Positions 52,601 to 63,934 of a stretch of 64,000 bases of DNA are shown in pieces; within the stretch, counting starts at the first letter, position 1, and every line of letters starts with the position of its first letter. Made by a program: the position numbers and the translations under genes. The DNA is from Octopus sinensis. Taxonomy: Eukaryota. Below the pieces are notes generated by a model. That model ran no database searches, was not told where the DNA came from, and saw only the letters and a list, made by a program, of their open reading frames with translations. The stretch spans positions 88,102,001-88,166,000 of the forward strand of contig NC_043002.1 of assembly GCF_006345805.1 (NCBI RefSeq). The letters run 5' to 3'.

Positions 52601-55600
52601 ATGTGTATTTTGGGCATAATTGTGTGTCTTCCTCACAGAATAGTTTATATCATTTAATATTAGCCTTGTATTAAGACAGCAAGCATGCCAGACAAAACAC
52701 TTAGCAGCATTTCGTCTGTCTTTACATTCTGAATTCAATTTCCACTGAAGTCGACTTTTCCTTTCAGGATTGAGAAACTAAGTAACAATTGAATACTAGG
52801 ATTGATGTAATTGATTTACCCCTCCCCTGGAATTGCTGCCCTTGTGGCAAAATTTGAAACCAATTTTAACCTTGCATGGAACAGAGGACTTAATATATAC
52901 AAGCATTGCTGGACTGGTGCTTTTCAGTAAAACACCAGTTGCCAATTGAGATATAAAAGAGAACCTAAAAATACAAACCTTTACTGAAATTCATACAACA
53001 ATTGAAGTGTTATTTACTATATCACATCAATAAGTTGATAATTGATCTGGCAGGACCACATCCTTCTCTAAAGTACTGTCTGCAGCCAAATATTGTAAGA
53101 ATGTGGAGTAAGCATAGTGATGTCATGTGACCAAGAGTCAATCTTGTAGATTTGGATATCTACCTATTTATACCTACATATATATGAATGCTGCTATTAA
53201 GGCGGTGAGCTGGCAGAAACGTCAGCATGCTGGGCGAAATGCTTAGCCGTATTTCTTCTGTTGTTACGTTCCGAGTTCAAATTCCGCCGAGGTCAACTTT
53301 GGCTTTCATCCTTTCAGGGTCAATAAATTAAGTACCAGTCATGCATTAGGGTCGATGTAATCGACTTAATCCCTTTGTCTGTCCTTGTTTGTCCCCTCTG
53401 TGTTTAGCCCCTTGTAGGTAGTAAAGAAATATATATGAATGCTACTTTGAAATAAATTGTGCAAAAATATAGGTGAAAGCTGTTTTAGAGTAAAAAAAAC
53501 CCACAAAATATAATAAAACCATGTTTTGTTTCCATATCTTTCCAGGTCTGAACATTTTAGAGAAATGAAGCTCTGCAAGCAAATATTACGGCCTCTGGAT
53601 GAGCAGCGAGTGGGAGACAGCCAAGAATCAAGCCAACTTATTCGAGGTTACAGTCGGCAAACTGGAAGTTGTGTTTCCAGTCTTAGTAATGGCGCTTCTT
53701 CCACTTTTATTGAAAGTCAAGAACCAAACTATTCTTGGATAAATTTGACATATTCTGCTCCACAACCACAAAGGGCATATTTTTCTCAGACTGCATCAGA
53801 ACCAAGTAAGTAATTCAAATATACTTTGTGTAAGAGGCATGGTTTTTGTGATTAAGATCCTTAGTTTGCAGCGACATGGTTTCAGGTGTCGTCCCACTGT
53901 ATGGCACCTTGGGCAAGTGTCTTTTATTATAACCTCAGGCCAATCGATGCCTTGTGAGTGAATTTGGTTGAGGGAAATTGTGTGGAAGCCAATTATATGT
54001 GAATGTATGTATGTATGTATGTATGTATGTATGTATGTATGTATCCATGCATGCATTATGAATCCCTGCATGTATGTATTTATGTATGCATACGTGTGTG
54101 TGTGTGTGTGTATGCAGGTATTTTGTGTGTACCATTGTGTTTGTCCTCTCCTACCACATGACAACCAGTGTTGATCCATTTATATCCTATACCCTTGTGG
54201 CTCAGACTTATAATAAATACTGAGGTTGATATGTTTGATTAACCCTTTCAAGACAGTACCCCAGCTCCACTCATATCGAAGACTTCAAGTTCTGTAACAC
54301 CCTTTACTATTAGATTCATAGAACAGGGACAAATACATTGAATGCTTAATTTTTAAGTCAGCAATTTTTTGAAAACACCTTTATTTCATGAAGAATCGAA
54401 AACCATTTTGCACATTTTGCATATTTATTAATTTTACTGTTCGTATTTGTTCTTTATAATTTTCTTTATAGTATGAATGTTTGTTTTTAATTTTATTTAA
54501 TGAAAATTATCGAATATAGAGATATGACTTCCTGCATGGGAAGTTTATTATCCAAAGTAATTGGATAATAAACAAGTACCCAAAGAGTTAAGAGTTCATA
54601 TCCTGTCACCTCCACAGTAATTTTCAAGAGCCCCTTTCATTAAGTTCTATGTAGATGTAAATTTGTGATATCATCCTTATGAAACTCAATTCAATTCAAT
54701 TTTTATTGGCTCAAAAAGCAAAAGCAAGGCCATGTAGGGGGACAGAGAGTCATGTACAGGTGGGGTGGTCATACAAAGAGTTCAGGTCATTTCTGGTCAA
54801 GAGTGACTTTGAACCGAGCAGTCGTCAGCATCTTCACTATCTCATCCGGCAGCTTATTCCATGGATCCGCAACCCGTACGGAGAAAGCCCCTCTCCTTCG
54901 ATTGAGATGAAATCGTTGTAGATACAGCTTTTCGGAGTGACCCCGCAGCCCACACTCTGGAGCAGGAGTGAAGAACAGCTCTTTCGAGAGGTTACATTTT
55001 CCACTTATGATGTTGTGAGCAAGAATGAGATCACCACGGTGTCGTTGTTTTTCAAGAGAATAAAGGTCGAGCGTCTTCAGCCTTTCTTCATAAGACAAAT
55101 ACTTGAGACCAAGAACCATGCAGATAGCCAGCTTCTGGACTCTTTCGAGATGATGTATGTCTTCACTAGTATTTAGTTGGCTTGCAATAACTGTTTCTAA
55201 TTTAGATACAAAGCAAGCAGCTTTTAGGAGGAAGGGTTTCATCAATTAAATTGACAGGTACTTATCAACTTCAGAAGGATGAAAAGTAAAGTTGATTTTG
55301 GCAGGATTTGAAATCATAACATAAATAACTGGAAGAAATGCCATAGGCTTTTTGCTGACTCCTTTATGATTCTGCCAGTTTACCACTTTATGTAAAGACT
55401 AGAAGGAATATCACAGGATTTTTTCCAATATTCTTACTGTACTGCTAGCTTATTATTATAATCATTTATTGAAAATCTTCCATATCGGTACGGATTGGAT
55501 GGATTGACAGGATCCGATGGACTTAACAACGGCTTCATGTTGCAGTGTCTGTTTAACATGGTTTCTATGGTTGAGACCCTTCCTATCATAAACCATATTA

Positions 55601-58600
55601 CAGCCAGTACCAGATGCTTTTTTTTATATACCAGAGTAACTAGAATATACATTAAAATCTCTTTCAACTATTTACTTTTTCAGAGATAAAAATGTCATTT
55701 TAAAATAACTTCCAGATGAATTAATTTTCTATAAGTCTTTTTAAAAATTTTCTTCTATTTTTTGTTTCTTTTATCAAGCTAGTGGAGTTGTTGATGATGG
55801 ATACCTTACTTCCTGCACACAGAAAGACAGTGATATATTAATGATTGAAAGTAAAACCCCTAAATCTACCAATAACATTTGTAACGAAAGCATACCTCTG
55901 TGAGTTTTCTTATTTTAAACCTTACTCACAATTTTTGAATATGAACTGGTTTCCTTGATAAAAGCTTTTTGGAATGTGGATTGATTTTAAAATTAAATAG
56001 TATACGTTATATATGATTCCTGGCAGATGAATAAGATATTTAGAATGGTGAGGGATTAAAGGTTGAAGGTTTCCTTTTGATGAGAGATAATAAGATTTTG
56101 ACAAATCACACAAGCATAATAATGTAAAAAGTTCACAAGTCTTGTCATAACATGAATGCCTATGCCAGACAACTTAGAATTCAGAGCAAAGGAAAGAAAT
56201 GGGAACAAAAGGTAAATCTTTCAACAATTTACTAATTTAATTTTATGTTAAAAACAGTGGCCAGAACTAATTCAATTTTATAATAAAAACAGTGGCCAGA
56301 ACAAATTTAATTTTATAATCAAGACAGTGGCCAGAACTAATTCAATTTTCTAATAAAAGCAGGGGCCAGAACTAATTTAATTTTATAATAATAACAATGG
56401 CCAGAACTAATTTGATTTTATAATCAAGACAGTGGCCAGAACTAATTCAATTTTCTAATAAAAGCAGTGGCCAGAACTAATTTAATTTTATAATAAAAAC
56501 AGTGGCCAGAACTAATTTAATTTTATAATCAAGACAGTGGCCAGAACTAATTTGATTTTCTAATAAAAGCAGTGGCCAGAACTAATTTAATTTTATAATA
56601 AAAACAGTGGCCAGAACTAATTTAATTTTATAATCAAGACAGTGGCCAGAACTAATTTGATTTTCTAATAAAAGCAGTGGCCAGAACTAATTTAATTTTA
56701 TAATAAAAACAGTGGCCAGAACTAATTCAATTTTCTAATAAAAATAGTGGCCAGAACTATTCTATAATAAAAACAGTAACCAGAACTAATTTAATATTAT
56801 AATAAAAATAGTGGCCAGAACTATTCTATAATAAAAACGGAGACCAGAACTAATTTAATATTATAATAAAAATAGTGGCCAGAACTATTCTATAATAAAA
56901 ACAGTGACCAGAACTAATTTAATATCATAATAAAAATAGTGGCCAAAACTATTCTATAACAAAAATGGTGACGAGAACTAATTTAATATTATAATAAAAA
57001 TAGTGGTCAGAATAATTTCATGCAAATTTTAGTCCAACAGTAGAAGAATGTTATACATAATAATGGCTAAGAAACATTAGCTCATAAGAGAATACAAAAA
57101 AAAATAGATATTGCATGTTTTGTGAGAGTAAAGAGCATGTTTAATGTAATGCTGCAAGAGTTGAAAATAATTACTCTCTCTTACTCTTTTACTTGTTTCA
57201 GTCATTTGACTGCAGCCATGCTGGAGCACCGCCTTTAGTCGAGCACATCAACCCCAGGACTTATTCTTTGTAAGCCTAGTACTTATTCTATCGGTCTCTT
57301 TTGTGGAACCGTTAAGCTACGGGGACGTAAACACACCAGCACCAGTTGTCAAGCGATGTTGGGGGGACAAACACAGACACACAAACATACACACACACAC
57401 ATATATATATATACATACTACAGGCTTCTTTCAGTTTCCGTCTCCCAAATCCACTCACAAGGCTTTGGTCGGCCCGAGGCTATAGTAGAAGACACTTGCC
57501 CAAGGTGCCACGCAGTGGGACTGAACCCAGAACCATGTAGTTCGTAAGCAAGCTACTTACAACACAGCCACTCCTCCGCCTATTGTAGAAATTTTCATAC
57601 TATACAACAAAAGTTTACTTTTGATTTGAAGTAAGATACATGCATTGTAAAATACAGGCAAAAGTTTTTACTTTCCTTTTTTAGTGTAAAAGGGCTGTGC
57701 ATTATTTCAGTACGTTAAAAAGTTATTCAGTCTAAAAGAAATGGTATGTGAGTGCAAGGCAAGGAAAATAAGTCTCTGAGTCTGATTATAACCCTTTAGT
57801 GTTTAGATTATTCTATCAAACATAATTCTTATTGATTCCCATTGATTTGAATTAATCATGCATTGTCTCATATCTTCAAGATCTTGATGGTGTAATTACT
57901 TAATGTAGAATAACATTGTAGGGTAGGTGTGAGAGCCTGGATCTGGTCAGTTTGAACATAAAACAGATTAAATATTTTGGCCGGATATGGCTGGTTTAAA
58001 TACTAAAGGGATAATGTGTGTTGCAAGAAATAGTTTGTGATGTCAAGTTTATTCACCAGCAAAGAGAGTTCAGTATCATGATGATATCTTATTGCCCTGT
58101 CAGCAACTGGTTCATTTTGACATGAAGGCTCTTATCTATTAATTAGTTGTAGTCTTCAACTATGTAGCAAAACATATTCAGTGGAGAAAATTCTTTGGAG
58201 AAAATTCTTAGCTGACATCATAGCACTCATGGTGCTTTCCACAATGCTTGCTAGTTGCAAGCAGATATGTTTATATTGTGGCTAGTCATGTGTCTGCCAC
58301 AGGACATAAACATTGCCCAGCTACTTGATATTATTTTAAACTGTTAAGACTCTTTGAGGAATTAAGCTATATTAAATTGACCGGTAACTGTACAGGCCTT
58401 CACGGAGAAAAGTTCCATGTTTAAAAGCAAAATACCTCTTAATCTTAAAAGATAAGTTTACAATTGACATGCCATTTCAATATTGCCTTGCAGTGCAAAA
58501 CCATGGAACCTAGCAAAAGCTGTAATAAACATGCCTAAGGACAGCCCAACATGCTTGAGAACAAATGCTTGGAATAATGTGGAATGACCATCAAACAATG

Positions 58601-61600
58601 AAATAATCTGAGAACAAATAAGACTTTTATATCAAAAAGTTGTTTTTTTTTTAATTAGAATTTTCAGAATTAGTTACATCTTATTTCTTTATTGCCCACA
58701 AGGGGCTAAATATAGAGGGGACAAACAAGGACAGATAAAGGGATTAAGTCGATTACATGGTACTTAATTCATTGACCCTGAAAGGATGAAAGGCGAAATT
58801 GACCTCGGCAGAATTTGAACTCAAAACGTAACGGCAGACGAAATACCGCCAAGCATTTCGCCCAGCATGCTAATATTTCTGCCAGCTTGCCACTGGCAGA
58901 AACATCTGTCTACAATGTTGAGCTGAGCAGAAAAGTAGGCCTCAATAGATCAATAACTGAAAGTTCACTTTTCTAAAACAGTGGTTTTTAACGTGAGTGG
59001 TAGCACTTCCTTAAGGATGTTATGAGCAAACAAAGGAGTGACAAAGGTCAACAGAGCACAATGGAGGAAACGGGGAGAATGGGGTTAGAAAGGCTGTGAT
59101 TTTTCTTAGAAGTAAAATCATCTATGATAATTATATTTTAAACAAATTTTCAAAAAATTCTTTGTTGGTATCAAAATATGGATAGGACAGTGAACAGAAA
59201 CATGATTGATGGTGTACCAAAGTCCTGGTGAGATTTCTCTGCTATGATATCTATCATCATCAATAATCTTTAATAGTCATCTCGCAAAACTCAATCATTC
59301 TGAACTTCATCCACCTCTCATCAAATACTATTCAATTATACTTTGTACAGAATTTAATATTTCAGTTGCTACCACCTTATTTTACTTAGCAAAACATGAA
59401 GTTATTGGACATAACTCAAGCATTTTACCCCTTAAAAATAATTTTTCCTTCTTGGTCAATGCATTATTCATATATATTGGATCATCCCATAAATAATGCA
59501 GTTTTTTTTATACTGCTTTCATTTTTCAAAACTAAGATAAACAAAGTTCTTTTTTAATCTAAAATATACTCTCCTTCATTTTCTACAATGCTCTTCCATC
59601 TATCTGGTAGACTTGCAAGGGCCCTCTTCCAAAATTCACTTGTCTGTGACAAAAAATACTCTGCCAGTTCTGTTCTGACCTCGTCTACAGAATTCATATT
59701 TTTTCCATCCAAATGATTTGGAAGACTGTGGAAAAAATGATAATCAGATGGGGCAATGTTTAACAAATATAGTGGATGGGGCATCGTTTCCCATTCAAAT
59801 TGCTCCAGTCTTTGGAATGTCATCCTTGCTGTATGCAACCGAGCATTATCCTGATGGAAGAACACCTTTCATCTTGAAACCAAAGATGGTCGTTTTCCTT
59901 CTGGCACTGACTTAAGCCACTCAAGCTGCTTGCAGTAGATCTCCTTTGCTATCGTTTGGTTTGGGTTTAAAAGTTCAAAGTGTACTAAACCTTTCATATT
60001 CCACCAAACAGATGACAACACCTTACATGGGTTAAGACCTTCTTTAGCTTGGGGTGCCAGTGTTTCTCCTTTCCCTACCCACTGTCTTTGGCACTTGACA
60101 TTTTGTAGAGAACCCATTTCTTGTCACAAGTCACTATTCGGTCCAAAACAGGTTCATCTGTGAGATGTAACAGCAAAGAGCACACATTCATTCTCTGCAT
60201 GCGATTAGACTTGGAAAGTTTGTGAGGAACCCATTGACCCAATTTACTGACGTTTCCAATGGCATGCAGGTGTCAATGAATGGTTGAATGACCAAATCCA
60301 AGCTTCTCTGCTAGTTCCTCAACAGTTATGATGGGATTTTGTTTCATCAGGGTTTGCAGGATATCTTCGTCAAGCTCTGCAAATCTTTCAGGATGTGACT
60401 CATCTTCTAGGCTGTAGTTTCCAGCTCAGAATTTCTGGAACCACAATTGACACTGGCTTACACTTATTGTCCAATCCTCATATACTGCATTAATATTCCT
60501 CACACTTTTTGTTGCAGTGTTGCCCTCATGGAGCTTTTAAAGCAAAATACACTGAATATGCTCCTTTGTCACTTCCATTATAGCTTTGAAAAAATAACTG
60601 TTAAAATCGAACTGCACTCTTCAAATCTTCCACTAAAAATAAGTACAAGATAAAATTACTACCTGCTTTTATAGCAAGTTGATGCAGGTATTTTATCCAG
60701 TCCCCCTCCAACTTTTAGTTCATGCAATTGAAAAAAGAGCATTATTTATGGGATGACCCAATATTTTTGCTCTTATTCTTTCAGCAATTCCTCTTCTCTT
60801 CCAAAACAATCAGAAGCCAAAGATGTAACAACAAGAGACCCGACGAGCCTACCTCAGTCATCATTGTCAGTATTAACACCCAAATCCCAGACAAAGATAC
60901 GGGAGGTAACATTTTCTAGGGACAACACAATGCTGTCCTATAAGTGCGATTCTCAAGGTGACTTTACAATTTAATCTAATTCATTTTTTATATCTTCAGC
61001 TGTCCCTCATGCATACATACATCACACACAAACATGCACATATATCATCATCCTCATTATCCTCATCCTCATCATCGTCTTCCTCCTCTTCCTCCTCCTC
61101 CTCCTCCTCCTCATCATCATCATCATCAACATCATCATCATCAATATCATCATCATCATCTTCCTCCTCCTCCACCTCCTCATCATCATCATCCGCCTCC
61201 TCACCCTCCTCCTCCTCCTCCCCATCATCATCAATATCATCATCATCTTCCTCCACCTCCTCCTCCTCATCATCATCAGCAACAGCCCTTCCTCCTCCTC
61301 CTCCCCATCATCATCATCATCAGTTTATATTCACTCTACATACCCGCACGGGTTGGATGGGATGTCATATTCAGAGCCATTTCATATTCAGAGTTACTGA
61401 GTTCCCTAAGACTAGCTTAGAGGACTAAGTCTCATTTATATTTTCCATTGCTAACAGTTTCTAAGGTTAGATACCCTTCCATCCACCAACTATCTTATGA
61501 AGTATATTGGATGCATTTCCTCATGCTACAACCTGTACAGAGGATAGCGATCTGCCTTTGCTGTCTCTGCTCCTACACCAATTGCAAGCCTTGAAATGTC

Positions 61601-62426
61601 CAATTGCTGCTACACAGGTTCCTAAAGCATGTCACTTTACTTTTTACTCCAAAGCTGAATCATCAGAAGTGAAGGCATGTGGCTTAGTGGTTAGGGCATT
61701 TGGCTCATGATCATAAGGTCATGAGAGCAATTCCTGGCAACACATTGTGTCCTTGAGCAAGACACTTTATTTCACACTGCTCCATTCCAGTCTGCTGGCA
61801 AATGAGTTGTATTTCTAATTCAAAAGGGCCAGCCTTGTCATATTCTTATTTCTTTATTGCCCACAAGGGGCTAAAAATAGAGGGGACAAACAAGGACAGA
61901 CAAAGGGATTAAGTTGATTACATCGACCCCAGTGCGTGACTGGTACTTAATTTATTGACCCCGAAAGGATGAAAGGCAAAGTCAACCTCGGCGGAATTTG
62001 AACTCAGAACGTAGCGGCAGATGAAATACCGCTAAGCATTTCACCCGGCGTGCTAACGTTTCTGCGAGCTCACCATTTCTGCCAGCCTTGTCATATTCTG
62101 TGTCATGCTGAATCTTCCTGAGAACTAGGTTAAGGGTGCATGTGTCTGTGGGGTGCTCAGCTACTTGCTTGTTAATTTCATGAGCAGATTGTTCTGTTGA
62201 TCGGATCACCTGGAACCCTCATCATCATAACTGATAGAATGTCGGTGAATCATCAGAGAAAATAAGTGACTTTCTAGCTTGTATTATAACACTAGTATTA
62301 ATTATACTAATACTGATAAACTTTGCTGCAACTATCATACTTTTTCCTGAAAGACAGGTTATATGAAAGGTAAGTAAAAATTTTTAAAAAAGGATAAAAT
62401 TCTATGTTGAGGATGAATCTACAACT

Positions 62427-62458
<32 letters not shown>

Positions 62459-63934
62459 TGTTTTATTTATTTCAATCATTAAACTGTGGCCACACTGTGG
62501 CACTGCCTTTAAAAAATTTTTGTCAAATAAATTGACCTCAGTACTTTTTTTAAACCTGATACTTAATCTATCAGACTCTTTTACCAAACTGCTGAGTTAC
62601 AAGGACATAAACACACCAACACTGGTTGTCAAGTGGTGGTGATGGACAAATACAAACACAAATATACTCACACACACACACACATGGGATTTTTTCAGTT
62701 TCCATCTACCAAATCCACTCACAAGATTTTGGTCAGCCAAAGGCCATGGTAGAAGACATTTGCCCAAAGTGCCACACAGTGAGACTGAACCCAAAAACAT
62801 GTGGTTGGAAAGTAAACTTCTTACCACACAGCTATGCCTGGCCTGCATCTATTTTGTTATCTACATTGTTGAAGCACTTAATTACCAAGGTAATATTCCA
62901 TAGAGAAAAGTTTGCAGTTTATTCAATTTCTGTAGTACTGGTATCAGGATTGTTTTTAGTTACTATACCCAGTTCATTTTGGGTGGCATTTATAAGTCTA
63001 AGTATGGACTGCTATGACTTGATAACAAGTGTTTACTGTAACTATGTAGTATGACTATCATCCTCAAGATTTGCTTCAAATTGTATTTATGATAAAATGA
63101 AAGTAAAAACATTTTCATGTTTGCTTTCAGAGAAGAATGAAGTTATTAAACATCTAAGTGATGACATTTGTCCAACACCTCAAAGAAACAACGTTTCTCG
63201 TCATTTTTTCAGGTAAATTATTATACTACAGGTTTTCTATTAATGGTTGAATAAATGTAAATGTCTAACTTAAACTTATGTAAAGTTATAGGTTAGTTAA
63301 TGTCTGTTTTGAGCCTACAGACTCCACCCCAATAATTGACTAGTACTAACTTAAGCCCTTTGCTCCCAATAGAGGTTAGACCATCAATAACTTTTCTCCA
63401 CTGTTATCATATCTAGGCTGTCTCAAGACAGATGGAAAGTTTTAATTTAGATCAATTTAAAACAGGAAGTTTGTATCAAGTTGGGTCAGCCCTGATTGAT
63501 CAGGCCTATCACCAAAGTCGTTCCAATCATGACCATCCAGTCTTCTGCTATGTATCACTTATATAGGATTAAATAATCAAAGATGATAAGGTATGATATG
63601 AGAACAAATAAGTTACTATTTTTAACAGATCAAGCTGTTAAATAGATGCTCAGAGTTATTTGAATGTTTCGTGTGGTGGTATCACATTGTTTGGTTTCAT
63701 TATAGAACATCATCAGCACCAGTCTGCTATAGGGACTTGCTCAGGGTCAATTGGTACAACCAGTTTGATGAAATATTTGGCAATAGCACACCTGCAAATG
63801 AATATTCTGGTCAACCTTATATTGATTTTAACAATGGTACCAGTAATGATACCACAACAGATGTTGATATTCATAATATGGAAACTCGCCTGCAAATGAC
63901 ACTCCATGATGTGAAAAAACACATAATGGGATCG
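43250..63934 (+). CDS. RGS22: RGS22/RGSL-like regulator of G-protein signalling, multi-exon partial gene (first coding exon uncertain; continues beyond window)
   Basis: Seven exons with AG acceptors and GT (one GC) donors join in phase (89+176+260+121+173+82+229 nt) with no stop. N-terminus PETPEENLEDLLSYDDVFWDYFNHFLKAP|VFPIGLSYNRLTGAFE...MLSWAQYRRLPLFIR|SEHFREMKLCKQIL resembles the recalled human RGS22 N-terminus (EEEFEDSLATDDFLVDYFNEFLSLPTFSEAIRFN...IKWIKKERLPAFLESDCYFEYRLAKL). Symbol rests on recalled similarity, not a search. Confidence 0.75.
44048..44400 (-). mobile_element. SINE family 1 dimer
   Basis: Junction aaaatac|ctatttc at ~44168. Confidence 0.85.
45045..45353 (-). mobile_element. 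SINE family 4 with TSD
   Basis: ccttgtgcat on both sides; matches 30560-30872. Confidence 0.85.
46313..46670 (+). mobile_element. SINE family 1 dimer
   Basis: Junction gaaatag|gtatttc at ~46530. Confidence 0.85.
47590..47992 (+). mobile_element. SINE family 2, full length
   Basis: Reverse complement of 13069-13470. Confidence 0.9.
48173..48683. mobile_element. Pogo/Tigger-like MITE, 511 bp
   Basis: TA|ccgtaaatcctcgagtata ... tatactcgaggatttacgg|TA perfect 19-bp TIRs. Confidence 0.85.
49565..49785. repeat. Compound trinucleotide array (TAC/CTG/CTC/CAT/CAC)
   Basis: Direct reading. Confidence 0.95.
50282..50690 (-). mobile_element. 3' fragment of a maT-like transposon with TIR
   Basis: Minus strand DYHMWGTDE*DTN..TKEELVAKIM..TVRNA..RFWSCLE; acacaggatg terminus at ~50283. 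Confidence 0.65.
50700..51262 (+). mobile_element. RTE 3'-UTR fragment with several internal repeat units and (TGA)n tail
   Basis: Similar to the reverse complement of 33205-34100. Confidence 0.8.
51895..52070 (+). CDS. RGS22-like exon (VFPIGLSYN...RRLPLFI)
   Basis: Acceptor tttcgtttttcag|; phase 0 in; phase 2 out at a probable GC donor (ataag|gctagt). Confidence 0.8.
52163..52591 (-). mobile_element. SINE family 2 (diverged)
   Basis: Same architecture as 13069-13470. Confidence 0.75.
53199..53430 (+). mobile_element. SINE family 1 monomer with TSD
   Basis: atatatgaatgct(g/a)ct on both sides. Confidence 0.9.
53546..53805 (+). CDS. RGS22-like exon (SEHFREMKLCKQIL...QTASEP)
   Basis: Acceptor atctttccag|, donor ccaa|gtaagt; phase 2 in, phase 1 out; open frame. 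Confidence 0.8.
53832..54235 (+). mobile_element. SINE family 2 (diverged)
   Basis: ggcaccttgggcaagtgtctt core, internal (TATG)n. Confidence 0.75.
54685..55205 (-). mobile_element. CR1-clade LINE 3' fragment
   Basis: LERVQKLA..LSYEERLKTLDLYSLE..R.RGDLI..LRGH..KL..FSVRV..PWNKLP; AATAAA and (ATTGA)n tail at 54685-54707. Confidence 0.9.
55779..55899 (+). CDS. RGS22-like exon (SGVVDDGYLTSC...CNESIP)
   Basis: Long pyrimidine tract then aag|, donor ctct|gtgagt; phase 1 in, phase 2 out, matching neighbours. Confidence 0.65.
56246..57012. repeat. Intronic minisatellite, 35-bp units changing to a 29+35-bp dimer
   Basis: agtggccaga-type core every 35 bp from 56256 to 56746, then alternating 29/35 bp to 57002. 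Confidence 0.95.
57175..57581 (-). mobile_element. SINE family 2, full length
   Basis: Matches 13069-13470. Confidence 0.9.
58681..58893 (-). mobile_element. SINE family 1
   Basis: Reverse complement of 53199-53430. Confidence 0.85.
59477..60761 (-). mobile_element. Full-length mariner (1285 bp); transposase pseudogene 59554-60578
   Basis: TA TSDs, TIR ttgg(g/a)tcatcccataaataatgc; MEVTKEHI...WVPHKL...FHQDNAR...IAPSDYHFF...ENEGEYILD; internal stops. Confidence 0.95.
60785..60957 (+). CDS. RGS22-like exon (NSSSLPKQSEAK...SYKCDSQ)
   Basis: Acceptor ctcttattctttcag|, donor caag|gtgact; phase 2 in, phase 1 out, bridging the flanking exons exactly. Confidence 0.65.
61043..61322. repeat. Compound (CAT)n/(CCT)n array
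   Basis: Direct reading. Confidence 0.95.
61670..62245. mobile_element. SINE (+) interrupted by a SINE family 1 copy (-) at ~61846-62073
   Basis: gccagccttgtcatattct repeated on both sides of the inner SINE; family-3-like 3' sequence resumes after it. Confidence 0.7.
62465..62836 (-). mobile_element. SINE family 2 (diverged)
   Basis: Same architecture as 13069-13470. Confidence 0.75.
63131..63212 (+). CDS. RGS22-like exon (KNEVIKHLSDDICPTPQRNNVSRHFF)
   Basis: Acceptor ttgctttcag|, donor tcag|gtaaat; only the phase-1 frame is open. Confidence 0.7.
63706..63934 (+). CDS. RGS22-like exon (TSSAPVCYRDLL...KKHIMGS)
   Basis: Acceptor ttggtttcattatag|, donor tcg|gtaaat; phase 2 in matches the previous exon; phase 0 out. 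Confidence 0.7.

Noticed and set aside
56246-57012. CRISPR-like array (constant core with AT-rich intervals)
   Set aside because: Intervals are variants of one sequence, not unique spacers; no cas genes; eukaryotic intron.
58020-58620. Possible coding exon or degenerate element
   Set aside because: No phase-compatible open frame and no recognisable motif.
60958-61428. Poly-Ser/Pro/His/Asp ORFs (also 49523-49840)
   Set aside because: Compound trinucleotide repeats inside introns; no splice or homology support.
63629-63705. Exon start at 63629 and the VWWYHIVWFHY segment of ORF 63671
   Set aside because: The required phase 2 gives a stop at that acceptor; the acceptor at 63705 fits phase, so this segment is treated as intron.
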